From contig WRJH01000003.1 of NCBI GenBank assembly GCA_009782315.1, forward strand, positions 1 to 37,637: a stretch of 37,637 bases of DNA. The letters run 5' to 3'. The notes beneath the pieces are model-generated. The model searched no databases. It was not told where the DNA came from and saw only the letters and a program-made list of their open reading frames with translations. The stretch is from Alphaproteobacteria bacterium (lineage in GTDB: Bacteria > Pseudomonadota > Alphaproteobacteria > Rs-D84). Positions 1 through 9,050 of this stretch are shown here, piece after piece. Made by a program: the position numbers and the translations under genes. Position 1 is the stretch's first letter, and the number at the start of each line of letters is the position of its first letter.

Positions 1-200
1 AGACGGCTCATAAGTTGCTCGACCGTCTCGATGGCGGGCTTCATCACAGCCACGTCTTTTTTTGTCGATTCCGACTGATACAATATCAGTAGGCGGTTCA
101 GGAAATCCCCCTTGTTGTCGAAATCGCTCCTATCGGATAGTTCATTGAATAACGCCTTGACCTCATCGCTTGCCCGGATTGCCAGAGGATTGTCTGCCAT
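1..200 (-). CDS. Hypothetical protein, 3'-truncated by the window edge; possible ribbon-helix-helix N-terminus
   Basis: Manual translation from ATG at 200: MADNPLAIRASDEVKALFNELSDRSDFDNKGDFLNRLLILYQSESTKKDVAVMKPAIETVEQLMSR..., open to the edge; GAAGGGGG RBS and consensus promoter upstream. Confidence 0.7.
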   Translation of the reverse strand, partial: MADNPLAIRASDEVKALFNELSDRSDFDNKGDFLNRLLILYQSESTKKDVAVMKPAIETVEQLMSR

Positions 201-219
201 TTCAAAAGCCCCCTTCTAT

Positions 220-302
220 GTAAACATCTAATAACAGTGTTTACAGTATGTTTACTTGTATTTTTATGTTTACATTATATATCCATCTTCGAGCAAAGTC
301 AA
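220..302 (-). promoter_or_regulatory. Sigma70 promoter with four TGTTTAC boxes
   Basis: TTGACT (302-297), 17 nt, TATAAT (279-274); TGTTTAC at 238, 249, 267 and inverted at 220. Confidence 0.75.
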
Positions 303-342
303 AAGAAAAATTAAAAAACAAAAAAATACGAATCCGGGCGAA

Positions 343-882
343 TTATTTACGTCTGCGAATCCAATGAAAAACATATAAAGCAACGCCTATGCAAATAAAA
401 ATATCGGCGAAATTAAATGCCGGCCAATGATACCCCGCGTAATGAAAGTCCAAAAAGTCTATCACGGCGCCGAATCGTATGCGGTCTACCAGATTTCCAA
501 CGGCGCCGCCGATGATAAGGGCAAGCGATATGCGTTCCAACCGGCCGGGCGCGCGCAAAAGGACATGTCCGAAAAACCCGATGATTGCGGCGGTGATTAC
601 GACGATTGCAACCGGCGCCGCTTCGCCCAATGCACGGAACAAAGAAAACGACGTTCCTGGATTCCAAGTGAAAACAATATTGAAAAAATTGGTCACGCGC
701 GCCATCAGATAGGGATATGGAACCAGATTGAACGCCCGCCCGAACGCCGGCACGGAACCGGTCAAGAGATACAAAATATATCCCTTTGCAATCTGGTCGA
801 CAAGGACCAACACAAGGCATAAGGCACAAGGCATAAGGCATATGCGTTTTGTATTTGCCATAATTTTTTTCAACGACTTCAT
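343..882 (-). CDS. lspA: Lipoprotein signal peptidase II
   Basis: DQIAK, NPGTSFS, GGAVGNLVDR, VIDFLD, WPAFNFAD motifs. Confidence 0.97.
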   Translation of the reverse strand: MKSLKKIMANTKRICLMPCALCLVLVLVDQIAKGYILYLLTGSVPAFGRAFNLVPYPYLMARVTNFFNIVFTWNPGTSFSLFRALGEAAPVAIVVITAAIIGFFGHVLLRAPGRLERISLALIIGGAVGNLVDRIRFGAVIDFLDFHYAGYHWPAFNFADIFICIGVALYVFHWIRRRK

Positions 883-948
883 ACCTTGTCCTTTATGTGC
901 GACATTTCGACAATTTTTTATGCCTTATGCCCTATGCCTTATGCCTTA
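811..948. repeat. Inverted pair of heptamer arrays AAGGCAT / ATGCCTT
   Basis: Arms 811-842 (in lspA N-terminus) and 918-948 (contains tig stop). Confidence 0.92.
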
Positions 949-2207
949 AAAATTTCGTCCGGCTTTACCGTTTTTTCTTTTATCTTTGCCTGCGCGATCA
1001 TGGCGTCCAACGCCTTTTGTTCGAAAAGCATTCCGCGCATCATGGAAACCGCGTTCGGATTTTTGTTATAGAATTCGAAAACCTGCTGCGGGTTCGGATA
1101 TCCCGCCGCCTCTTTCCAGATTGTTTTCTGCAAATCTTCGTTTGTGACTTTGACATCGTTCGCGCTGCCCCATTCCGCCAGAACCAGGCCCAGTTTCACG
1201 CGGCGTTCGGCGTCTTTCATTTCTTTCTTTTCGTCGAATGCGACGCCTTTGCTTGTCGCTTCCCTTTTCGCCATGTCGAATTCCTGGGACACCAAAGTTT
1301 CAGGGATTTCCATTTTCACCTTGTCCGCCAGCATGTCCAAAAGCTCGTTCCGCATTTCGCGGCGCGCGGCGTCTTCGTACTGTTCCGCCAGTATGCGTTT
1401 TATGTGTTCGCGCAAATCGGCGGCGGATTCCCGGCCGACTTCTTTGGCAAAGGCATCGGACAGTTCTGGCAGAATGGATTTCCGAATTTCATGTATTTCG
1501 ATTTCAAACTTTGTCTTTTGCCCGGCCAGATTTGGCGCGTGATAGTCTTTCGGAAATGTGACGTCGATATCAAACTTGTCGCCCGTTTTATGGCCGACGA
1601 TTTTTTCTTCGAATCCGGGTATGAAAGACCCGCTGCCCAGGACCAGGCGATGCTTTTTCGCCTCTCCCCCTTCGAACGGTTCGTTTCCTAAAAACCCTTT
1701 GAAATCAATGACGGTAACGTCGCCGTTTTGGGCCTTGTATCCGGCGTCCTGCATTTCGAACGTCGCGCGGGATTTCCGCAGGTTGTCCAAAGATTTTTCA
1801 ATTTCGCTTTCCGGCACTTCGGCGATTTTTTTCGTAATTGTGAACCCCGACAATTCGATTTTCGGCAGCGCCGGCAGTACGTCGAATTCGATTGAGTACT
1901 CAACATCCTGTCCGCGCGCGAATTTCGTTATATCGGCCTTTGGCGCGCCGGCCAGGCGCAGATTCTTTTCCTTTGCATAGGCATCCATATCCGCGTTCAT
2001 CAGCTTGTCGACGGCGTCGGCATGCGCGGCGTCGCCGTATTTCTGTTGCAGAATATTCATCGGAATTTTGCCCGGACGAAATCCCGGTATTTTCGCCTTT
2101 TCGCCGTATTTGGCCAGTATTTCACAGGCAGATTTCTGTATTTCATCGGCGGTCAGCAAACCCGCGATATGATAATGCAAATCTTTGATTTTTTCTTTCT
2201 TGAACAT
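939..2207 (-). CDS. tig: Trigger factor
   Basis: IPGFRPGKIP ribosome-binding motif; FKBP domain (IDFKG, LGSGSFIPGFEE, VTFPKDYHA). Confidence 0.98.
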   Translation of the reverse strand: MFKKEKIKDLHYHIAGLLTADEIQKSACEILAKYGEKAKIPGFRPGKIPMNILQQKYGDAAHADAVDKLMNADMDAYAKEKNLRLAGAPKADITKFARGQDVEYSIEFDVLPALPKIELSGFTITKKIAEVPESEIEKSLDNLRKSRATFEMQDAGYKAQNGDVTVIDFKGFLGNEPFEGGEAKKHRLVLGSGSFIPGFEEKIVGHKTGDKFDIDVTFPKDYHAPNLAGQKTKFEIEIHEIRKSILPELSDAFAKEVGRESAADLREHIKRILAEQYEDAARREMRNELLDMLADKVKMEIPETLVSQEFDMAKREATSKGVAFDEKKEMKDAERRVKLGLVLAEWGSANDVKVTNEDLQKTIWKEAAGYPNPQQVFEFYNKNPNAVSMMRGMLFEQKALDAMIAQAKIKEKTVKPDEIFKA

Positions 2208-2310
2208 ATAAACGCCCCTTTATTTCAGCCCGCCCATTATAGTGTCAAATTGCCGGATTGCAACTTTTTTATACTTTACACAAGGGGCCCTTTTTCGGTA
2301 CATTATGGAT

Positions 2311-3390
2311 ATGAGAAAACTGCTTGCTCTATGCTCTATGCTCTATGCTCTTGCGCCGCTGGCGGCGCACGCGTCCGAATACCGCGCGGCGATTGTCGCG
2401 GACATGGATACCGGCGCGATATTGTTCCGCGACCGCGACGAAGAATTGAACTATCCGGCCAGCCTTACCAAAATAATGACGCTTTATCTGACGTTCGACG
2501 CGCTGGAAAGCGGGCGCCTGCACCTTTCCGACCAACTGATAGTATCCGCGGCCGCGGCAAATGCGCCGCCTGTGAAACTGGGCCTGGCGGCGGGTTCGAA
2601 AATTTCCGTCGACGACGCGATAAAGGCGGTCGCGGTGCACAGCGCCAACGACGTCGCGCGCGTATTGGCCGAAAATCTGCGCGGCGGGCGCGAGGCTACC
2701 TTTGCATCAATGATGACGGACGTGGCGAACCAAATCGGTCTTTCCCAGACTAATTTTGAAAACGCGTCGGGACTTCCCGACGACGACCATCTGTCGTCCG
2801 CGCGGGATATCGCGCTGCTGGCCATCGCGATTCACCAGCATTTTCCGGGGTATTGGAAATATTTCGGAATACGGAATTGGACATACGGCGGCCGGACTTA
2901 TACGAACGGGAATAAATTGCTGGGCAACTATGCCGGCGCGAATGGCATGAAGACCGGATTTACGAACAGCGCGCGCTATTGCTTGGTCGCAACGGCGGCA
3001 CGCGACGGCAAGAATATTGTGACGGTTGTTTTGGGCGCGCCTAACCGGGATGTCCGTCTGAACGCCTCGCGGAAATTGCTGGACCGCGCTTTCGGAACGG
3101 AAAGCCGGGAATTGAAAATCGAAGACCCGGACGAACAAACCGCTGTGCAAAAACCGAAACCTGTTTCCAGCGGCGGCGGCAAATCGGGGGTACAATTCGG
3201 CGCATTCGGCAGTCGGAACGCCGCAACCGAACAGGCAAAAAAAGTCCAAAAATACACCGGCATTGTACCAAAAATAGAACAGACTGGGGGCATGTTCCGC
3301 GTCCGGGCTTACGGACTATCGGCGACCGCGGCGGACGGGGCGTGCAAAAAATTCCGCGACCAGAAACTGGATTGTTTTATAATCAAATGA
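2311..3390 (+). CDS. D-alanyl-D-alanine carboxypeptidase (peptidase S11) with C-terminal SPOR-like domain
   Basis: PASLTKIMT (SxxK), SAND (SxN), KTG; VQFGAF SPOR-like tail; start placed at MRKLL (2305 also possible). Confidence 0.92.
   Translation: MRKLLALCSMLYALAPLAAHASEYRAAIVADMDTGAILFRDRDEELNYPASLTKIMTLYLTFDALESGRLHLSDQLIVSAAAANAPPVKLGLAAGSKISVDDAIKAVAVHSANDVARVLAENLRGGREATFASMMTDVANQIGLSQTNFENASGLPDDDHLSSARDIALLAIAIHQHFPGYWKYFGIRNWTYGGRTYTNGNKLLGNYAGANGMKTGFTNSARYCLVATAARDGKNIVTVVLGAPNRDVRLNASRKLLDRAFGTESRELKIEDPDEQTAVQKPKPVSSGGGKSGVQFGAFGSRNAATEQAKKVQKYTGIVPKIEQTGGMFRVRAYGLSATAADGACKKFRDQKLDCFIIK
2325..2351. repeat. Heptamer array (TGCTCTA)n within signal peptide
   Basis: About 4 units encoding ALCSMLYAL. 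Confidence 0.9.
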
Positions 3391-3983
3391 ATTCGAAAAT
3401 AGAAAAATTAATCAAACAATTCGCAAAGCTGCCGCGCGTCGGCGGCCGCGCGGGTCAGCGGATTGTCCTGGGGCTTTTACAGGATAAAACCGGAAAATCG
3501 GCCGCCCTTGCGGCCGCATTGATTGATGCGGCGGAAAGCATCAAACCATGCGCGACCTGCGGCTGTTTGACCGAAAACAATCCTTGCGAATTCTGCCTTG
3601 ATGCGGGCCGCGAAAATGGCCAGCTGTGCCTGGTTCGGGATTTGGGCGACGTCTGGACATTGGAAAAATCGGGGGTGTTCCGCGGCCGGTACCATATTGT
3701 CGGCGGACTTTTGTCGGCGGCGACGGGAACGACGCCCGCCGATTTGAATATCGAAAATATCCCTTTGCGAATTGCGGCGGAAAACATTTCCGAAATTATT
3801 TTCGCATTGCCGAATACGGTCGAAGGCAAAACGACCCAGCATTTCATAATTAACAACTTGCAATTATCAATTAACAATTTGCAATTCACTGAATTGGCGT
3901 CGGGCGTGCCGCTGGGCGGCGATTTGGATTATATAGACGACGGCACATTAAATATAGCTTTCGGAAACAGAAAACAGATATGA
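3387..3983 (+). CDS. recR: Recombination mediator RecR
   Basis: HhH LPRVGGRAGQR, CxxC...CxxC zinc finger, TOPRIM, GVPLGGDLDYID; ATGA overlap with upstream stop. Confidence 0.96.
   Translation: MNSKIEKLIKQFAKLPRVGGRAGQRIVLGLLQDKTGKSAALAAALIDAAESIKPCATCGCLTENNPCEFCLDAGRENGQLCLVRDLGDVWTLEKSGVFRGRYHIVGGLLSAATGTTPADLNIENIPLRIAAENISEIIFALPNTVEGKTTQHFIINNLQLSINNLQFTELASGVPLGGDLDYIDDGTLNIAFGNRKQI
3848..3889. repeat. Degenerate heptamer array (AATTNNC)6 in recR
   Basis: aattaac aacttgc aattatc aattaac aatttgc aattcac; encodes INNLQLSINNLQF. Confidence 0.8.
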
Positions 3984-4861
3984 AAAACCCGTCTTTCGAC
4001 TTTCGACTTTCGACTTTCGACTCACTGGCGGCTCTGCCGCCTGTTTCCGAAATGATGCGCGCCGCGGGACTAGAGCCCAAAAAGCAATTCGGCCAGAATT
4101 TTTTATTCGATTTGAATCTGACCGGAAAGATAGCGCGCGCTGTTCCAAATATCGAAAATTCAACCGTTGTCGAAGTGGGACCGGGACCTGGCGGACTTAC
4201 CCGCGCGCTGCTTTTGGACGGCGCCCGCAAAGTCATCGCCATCGAAAAAGATAAAACAACCGCGCCGATTTTGGAACAAATCGCGGCGGCGGATGGGCGG
4301 TTGGAAATCATATTTGCGGACGCGTTGAAATTCGATTTTGCCCGGCTTGGGAAGATTTCCATCTGTTCCAATCTGCCCTATAACGTCGGCACGGAATTAT
4401 TGATTCGCTGGCTGCACGATATGGAAAATATTTCGTCCATGACATTGATGTTTCAACGCGAAGTTGCGGAACGAATTGTTGCCGCGCCCGGCACGGAACA
4501 TTACGGCCGCCTGTCGGTTTTGACATCGCTTTTAGCGGACGCAAAAATATTATTCGATGTTCCGAATACGGCGTTCGTACCCAGGCCGAAAGTTCAATCG
4601 GCGGTTGTCCAAATCATTCCGAAAAATGTAGGGGCGCGCACCCACCCCGCGAAATCTTTGATTTCGCCGGGACCCGGGGGAAACGCGCCCATAGATAAAA
4701 TCGAAAAACTTACTGCGAAACTTTTCGGCCAGCGCAGAAAGATGATTCGCGGAATCCTGCCCGGCGCCCTCTGGGAACAATTCGGGCTTTCAGGCACGGA
4801 AAGGGCCGAAGAATTAACACCTGAAAAATTTGCCGAAATCGCCGCCGCAAATGTGATATAA
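3980..4861 (+). CDS. rsmA: 16S rRNA adenine dimethyltransferase KsgA/RsmA
   Basis: KKQFGQNFL, VEVGPGPGGLT, NLPYNV, MFQREVAERI, FVPRPKVQS. Confidence 0.97.
   Translation: MKNPSFDFRLSTFDSLAALPPVSEMMRAAGLEPKKQFGQNFLFDLNLTGKIARAVPNIENSTVVEVGPGPGGLTRALLLDGARKVIAIEKDKTTAPILEQIAAADGRLEIIFADALKFDFARLGKISICSNLPYNVGTELLIRWLHDMENISSMTLMFQREVAERIVAAPGTEHYGRLSVLTSLLADAKILFDVPNTAFVPRPKVQSAVVQIIPKNVGARTHPAKSLISPGPGGNAPIDKIEKLTAKLFGQRRKMIRGILPGALWEQFGLSGTERAEELTPEKFAEIAAANVI
3994..4021. repeat. Heptamer array (TTTCGAC)4 in rsmA N-terminus
   Basis: Four perfect units encoding FDFRLSTFD. Confidence 0.95.
4628..4690 (+). repeat. GTAG-type REP-like element in frame in rsmA
   Basis: 63 nt, 60/63 identical to the reverse complement of 13161-13223. 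Confidence 0.92.
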
Positions 4862-4882
4862 TATCTGCAAAAGAGAGAGAAA

Positions 4883-6586
4883 ATGAATCTATCCATCCTT
4901 GTCATATTGGGCGTGGCTTTCGCGCTGGTCTATTTGCTGCGCGTGGCGCATGTCGGAACTTTAATCGCATTCCTGTTCGCCGGAATCGTCGCGGGGCCTT
5001 ACGGCCTGGGGCTTTGGGAATTAACCGACACCTGGTCGTTTCTGGGAGAAATAGGAATTATATTTTTATGGTTCAGTATGGGCCTGGAACTGAACACGCG
5101 GCGATTGTGGCAAATGCGCGATACGATATTCGGATTCGGCGCGGCCCAGGTTCTGGCGGTTGCGGTAATGTTGTTTCCGCTTTTGTTCGGCATTACGCCG
5201 TGGGGGATTTTGCCCGTTATTATGGTGTGCCTTTTGCTTTCCATGTCGTCCAGTTCAAGTGATTTGGATCTGCTTGCGGAACGGAATGAATTACAGACTA
5301 CATTGGGCCGGCAAAGTTTTTCGATTCTGCTGTTCCAGGACCTTTTGGCCATACCGCTTATCGCGATGGTTCCGATTTTCGCCGGGAAACAGTTTAATCT
5401 GGGCGCCGAAGTTATCGATATAACTGTCATGTCCGTCGGCCTTATTATCGGTGTCGTGATTGTCGGCCGGCTGGTTTTGCAACCGCTGATGCGGCACGTG
5501 TCGCGGTTGAAATCCAAAGAAGCGTCGCTGATTGCGATATTCCTGAATATCATCGGCTGGGTCGTGGTTATGGAATTCGTGGGACTGCCGCCGGCAATCG
5601 GCGCGTTCCTTGGCGGTATGTTGATGAGCGAGACGCTGTACAGACATCAAGTCCAATCCGAAATCGCGCCATACCGGATTTTGTTTTTATCGTTCTTTTT
5701 CATTGCGTTGGGCATGGGGTTGAATCTGCCTATGCTGGCCGCGAACTGGTGGCTGGTTGCGGGCGGCGCAATCCTGTTGGTCGGCGTAAAATTCATCGCG
5801 ATATATGCCGTCGCGCGCCTGCGCCGGGTTCATCGCCGCGAAGCGTTCCTGATTGCGCTGATATTGGCCCAGGGCGGCGAATTCGGTCTGTTGATATTGC
5901 AGATGATGCGGCAAAACGGGATAGAGGCGATACCGTTCCAACATTCCGAAATCCTGATGTCCGTCATAGTGGTGTCGATGATTATGACGCCTATATTGCT
6001 TGCCATATACGACCGGCTGTATGAATCTGGCAAACTGGTATCCGGCGCCCGCGCGCGCAAGGTAAATATCGGCGCGACCGAAAAACCCGAAGTGATTATA
6101 TGCGGATTTGGGCGCGTCGGGCAAACGATTGCGAAAATGATGGAATCCCAGAATATCCCGTATGCGGCCATAGACATGAATGTCGACGCGGTTGTTCGCG
6201 GCCGGAACGAAGGCTTTAACGTATTTTACGGCGACACTGCAAAGGCGGCTGTGCTGTCCGAAATCGGCCTGGCGCCGCGTCGGACTCGCGCGGTTGTGAT
6301 TGCGCTTGATAACGCCAGCATTGCGAAAAGCACGGTCCGCGCGGTAAAACAGGCGACGCCGAACGTCCGCATATTCGCCCGCGCAAGAAATCTGGAAGAA
6401 GCGCTGATATTGCAAAGAGAGGGGGCAAAGCTTGCATTGCCTGAAACGATTGAATCGTCGTTCATGCTTGGCGAACAGGTTTTGGAAACCCTTGGCATAA
6501 AACAGGATAAAATAGACATTCTGTTGTCCCGTCTGCGCGGCGACAATTACGCGACTCTTTCGAAAATCCTGGACCGGAATAAATAA
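4883..6586 (+). CDS. Kef-type CPA2 cation/proton antiporter with TrkA-N domain
   Basis: Multi-TM N-terminus, LLFQD, LAQGGEF, ICGFGRVG Rossmann motif. Confidence 0.93.
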   Translation: MNLSILVILGVAFALVYLLRVAHVGTLIAFLFAGIVAGPYGLGLWELTDTWSFLGEIGIIFLWFSMGLELNTRRLWQMRDTIFGFGAAQVLAVAVMLFPLLFGITPWGILPVIMVCLLLSMSSSSSDLDLLAERNELQTTLGRQSFSILLFQDLLAIPLIAMVPIFAGKQFNLGAEVIDITVMSVGLIIGVVIVGRLVLQPLMRHVSRLKSKEASLIAIFLNIIGWVVVMEFVGLPPAIGAFLGGMLMSETLYRHQVQSEIAPYRILFLSFFFIALGMGLNLPMLAANWWLVAGGAILLVGVKFIAIYAVARLRRVHRREAFLIALILAQGGEFGLLILQMMRQNGIEAIPFQHSEILMSVIVVSMIMTPILLAIYDRLYESGKLVSGARARKVNIGATEKPEVIICGFGRVGQTIAKMMESQNIPYAAIDMNVDAVVRGRNEGFNVFYGDTAKAAVLSEIGLAPRRTRAVVIALDNASIAKSTVRAVKQATPNVRIFARARNLEEALILQREGAKLALPETIESSFMLGEQVLETLGIKQDKIDILLSRLRGDNYATLSKILDRNK

Positions 6587-6725
6587 TTTCTGATTTAGGA
6601 TTTCGGATTTCTGATTTGGAGATTGATTGAAATACATACATTAAAATCAAACGATTTTTATGACTTATATATGAAGTATCGGCGCGCTCCAAATCCTAAA
6701 TCAGAAATCATATATCAGAAATCCT
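6586..6725. repeat. Inverted pair of heptamer arrays ATTTNNG / CNNAAAT
   Basis: Arms 6586-6620 (starts in the antiporter stop codon) and 6688-6725. Confidence 0.88.
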
Positions 6726-6734
6726 ATTTTCCCC

Positions 6735-6762
6735 TTGCAAACGCCCAAATACCCCTTATAAT
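6735..6762 (+). promoter_or_regulatory. Sigma70 promoter
   Basis: TTGCAA-N16-TATAAT upstream of AAGGA RBS. Confidence 0.6.
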
Positions 6763-6791
6763 ATTTGTCAACTTGACCCAAAAGGAATGAC

Positions 6792-7664
6792 ATGGCAATA
6801 TTCATCGGCGGACGCACGCCAAAGAAAAAAGATTGGAAACATTCGGCGGCAAATATGCTGTCCTTGAAAACCGGCCCCGAATACAATGAAAACCCCATGC
6901 CGGGTATGGTGTTTCAATATATCTTGGACAATAAGAATGTCGGCAAAGCCGGCGCGGCCGGGGCCTTTGTTTACAACTATCTGCCGAAAATAAAAAGATA
7001 TGCAGACGGAACCTTTGAACTTATCGACCCCCATTATCTGGACACCTTCAAAAGCGGCGCCGGACGCGACCAACACGTCGCCATAATCTGCGACGACGGC
7101 TATGGCAAGCCTGTCTATGACACCCAATATTTAATCGGATGTATCCCAACCATAGTGGATTTGAATTTTCACTATGATGTTAAAGAAAAGAAAAAACTGC
7201 AAGAAAACCATGAAAAAGAAAGCAAAGCGGACTTTGACCATGACATACTCAACCTGGACCATTATGCCGGCGCCAGAATCGTGTCTATGGACAAAGAAAC
7301 GGTCGATATTCTGGGTCGCGACCCATATCAATTGCAACGCAAATACAATTGGGATAACGTGATTGTCAATCATGGACTGCACAGTATCTGGTTCACCAGA
7401 TTGGGCGTCAATTCTATTTTCGATTTCAAATATCGCGATGGCATTGAAAACGAAGCTACGTACGAATCAAAGCGCGAAATAGTTGCTGGCCTTGCGGCGG
7501 AATTCACATTGAACAATTACAAAATCTATGACAACGAAAACGTTTATGTGCCTCAACGCGTATTTCGCGACTATTGGGCGGAACATTTCGAACATGAAAA
7601 ACTAATATCTCTTGACCAGGCGCTGGCCATCCTGGGTCTGCAAACCCAAAGGCCCGGCAAATAA
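6792..7664 (+). CDS. Hypothetical protein
   Basis: 290-aa ORF with promoter, RBS and terminator; no family recognised. Confidence 0.8.
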   Translation: MAIFIGGRTPKKKDWKHSAANMLSLKTGPEYNENPMPGMVFQYILDNKNVGKAGAAGAFVYNYLPKIKRYADGTFELIDPHYLDTFKSGAGRDQHVAIICDDGYGKPVYDTQYLIGCIPTIVDLNFHYDVKEKKKLQENHEKESKADFDHDILNLDHYAGARIVSMDKETVDILGRDPYQLQRKYNWDNVIVNHGLHSIWFTRLGVNSIFDFKYRDGIENEATYESKREIVAGLAAEFTLNNYKIYDNENVYVPQRVFRDYWAEHFEHEKLISLDQALAILGLQTQRPGK

Positions 7665-7692
7665 AAAAATCCGCCTTTCGGCGGATTTTTTT
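7663..7692. terminator. Bidirectional intrinsic terminator
   Basis: AAAAAAATCCGCC-TTTC-GGCGGATTTTTTT between convergent genes. Confidence 0.9.
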
Positions 7693-7963
7693 ACTTACGC
7701 AATCCCAATTTTTTAATCAGTGCTTCATAATTGGAAACGCTGTGTCTTTTGATATAGGCAAGCAGTTTTTTGCGGCGGTTGACCATTTTCAAAAGGCCGA
7801 ATTTCGAATGCTGGTCTTTCGGCATTTTTTTCATATGTTCGGTCAGGTTGATGATGCGTTCGGTCAGAACCGCAACCTGTGCCGGGGCGCTGCCGCCGTT
7901 GTCCTTGTCGGACGATTTGTATGCTTTGATAAGCTCTGTTTTTTTTGCTTTTACAATCGACAT
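7691..7963 (-). CDS. rpsO: 30S ribosomal protein S15
   Basis: QVAVLTERIINLTEH, KDQHSKFGLLKMVNRRKKLL, LGLRK; follows truB. Confidence 0.98.
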   Translation of the reverse strand: MSIVKAKKTELIKAYKSSDKDNGGSAPAQVAVLTERIINLTEHMKKMPKDQHSKFGLLKMVNRRKKLLAYIKRHSVSNYEALIKKLGLRK

Positions 7964-7983
7964 TGTTTGCTCACTTTGTTCGC

Positions 7984-8018
7984 AGTGACTAGTAATTAGT
8001 GACTAGTGACTAGTTATT
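7984..8018. repeat. Heptamer array (AGTGACT)n containing the truB stop
   Basis: agtgact agtaatt agtgact agtgact agttatt. Confidence 0.85.
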
Positions 8019-9049
8019 ATTCGCTTTGGCCGCAGCTGTCCGTTTATAATTTCGCCGATTCCAATGAACCCGCCGTTATTATAGATACGCCGCAAACCAT
8101 CGCCGTTACTATCGATAAATCCGCCGTTTTTGAACAGTTCCGCGTCTTTATCGCCGATTTCCAAAACCAGAATGTCGTCCAGTCCGAAATCCACCGGTTT
8201 CAGGTATTCCAAAACCGGTTGGTGTTCCGCCTTCGCTTCCGCTCCGGCGCGACAGGCATTATTATACAGATTTTCCAGAAAATCAAGCGCCGCGGCATCT
8301 TTTATTTCAAAATTATGGGTGCGCGTCCGGCGAATGCTGTCGCAAGTGCAGATGAAACCGTTTCCCGTTTTCCGTTTCCCGTTTTCCGCATTATTAATTT
8401 CATCGACGATTTGTTGCGCCAAGGCCCGCACATAAGTCCCGGCGGAACACTGGACCCTGAACTCGGTCGATGTAGGGGCGTGCCGCGCACGCCCGGGCGC
8501 AAGCATTGCGCCCCTACATACTTCCAATTCATATATATTAACCCGTCGCGCGGGCACTTCAAATTCCGCGCCGCGCCGTGCCAATTCGTATGCCCGGCGG
8601 CCACCGATATGCACGGCGCTGTATGCGGGCGGCGTTTGTTCTATTTCGCCAACCAGCACGGACAATGCGGCCGATATCTGCTCACCCGACGGCACACTGT
8701 CGTTTTGTTCCATAACCTTTCCCGTAATATCATCTGTGTCTGTCTTGATTCCCCATTGAACAGAAAATTCATACTCTTTTTGACATCTGTGCTCTCTGCT
8801 CTCTGCTCTATGCTCTAAATACGGTATCATCTTGGTCGCCTCGCCCAGCGCGATTGGCAGAACACCGGACGCCATGGGGTCCAAAGTTCCCAAATGTCCG
8901 AATTTTTTTATCCCGAACATGCGCGCGACGCGGCCGCCGGCCGCGCGACTGGTCATGCCGGACGGTTTATCCAAAATAATCCACCCGCCTTCGTCCGCCT
9001 TCACTTCGTTACGGCGCGACTTCGGCGCGGCAAGCCCGCTTTTGCTCAT
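8003..9049 (-). CDS. truB: tRNA pseudouridine(55) synthase with multiple repeat-derived insertions
   Basis: LDKPSGMTS, GHLGTLDPMASGVL, QTPPAYSA, CSAGTYVR; start placed at ATG 9049. Confidence 0.96.
   Translation of the reverse strand: MSKSGLAAPKSRRNEVKADEGGWIILDKPSGMTSRAAGGRVARMFGIKKFGHLGTLDPMASGVLPIALGEATKMIPYLEHRAESREHRCQKEYEFSVQWGIKTDTDDITGKVMEQNDSVPSGEQISAALSVLVGEIEQTPPAYSAVHIGGRRAYELARRGAEFEVPARRVNIYELEVCRGAMLAPGRARHAPTSTEFRVQCSAGTYVRALAQQIVDEINNAENGKRKTGNGFICTCDSIRRTRTHNFEIKDAAALDFLENLYNNACRAGAEAKAEHQPVLEYLKPVDFGLDDILVLEIGDKDAELFKNGGFIDSNGDGLRRIYNNGGFIGIGEIINGQLRPKRIITSH
8227..8257 (+). repeat. CCSCCTTCRC...GG.GGRCAGG-type palindromic repeat in truB
   Basis: CCGCCTTCGCTTCCGCTCCGGCGCGACAGGC; related to 8985, 21472, 28483. 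Confidence 0.7.
8358..8388. repeat. Heptamer array (CCGTTTY)4 in truB
   Basis: Encodes ENGKRKTGNG. Confidence 0.9.
8472..8517. repeat. GTAG-type REP doublet in truB
   Basis: GTAGGGGCGTGCCGCGCACGCCC + GGGCGCAAGCATTGCGCCCCTAC; encodes CRGAMLAPGRARHAPT. Confidence 0.9.
8786..8817. repeat. Heptamer array (TCTNTGC)n in truB
   Basis: Encodes EHRAESREHR. Confidence 0.9.
8985..9035 (+). repeat. Nested CCGCCTTC-type palindromic repeat in truB N-terminus
   Basis: CCGCCTTCGT[CCGCCTTCACTTCGTTACGGCGCG]ACTTCGGCGCGGCAAG. Confidence 0.7.
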
Positions 9050-9050
9050 A

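Noticed and set aside
6626-6659. Short similarities (ATTGAAATACAT, TAAAATCAAA) to 11861-11931
   Set aside because: Short, AT-rich and in a different order; consistent with chance or -35-like boxes
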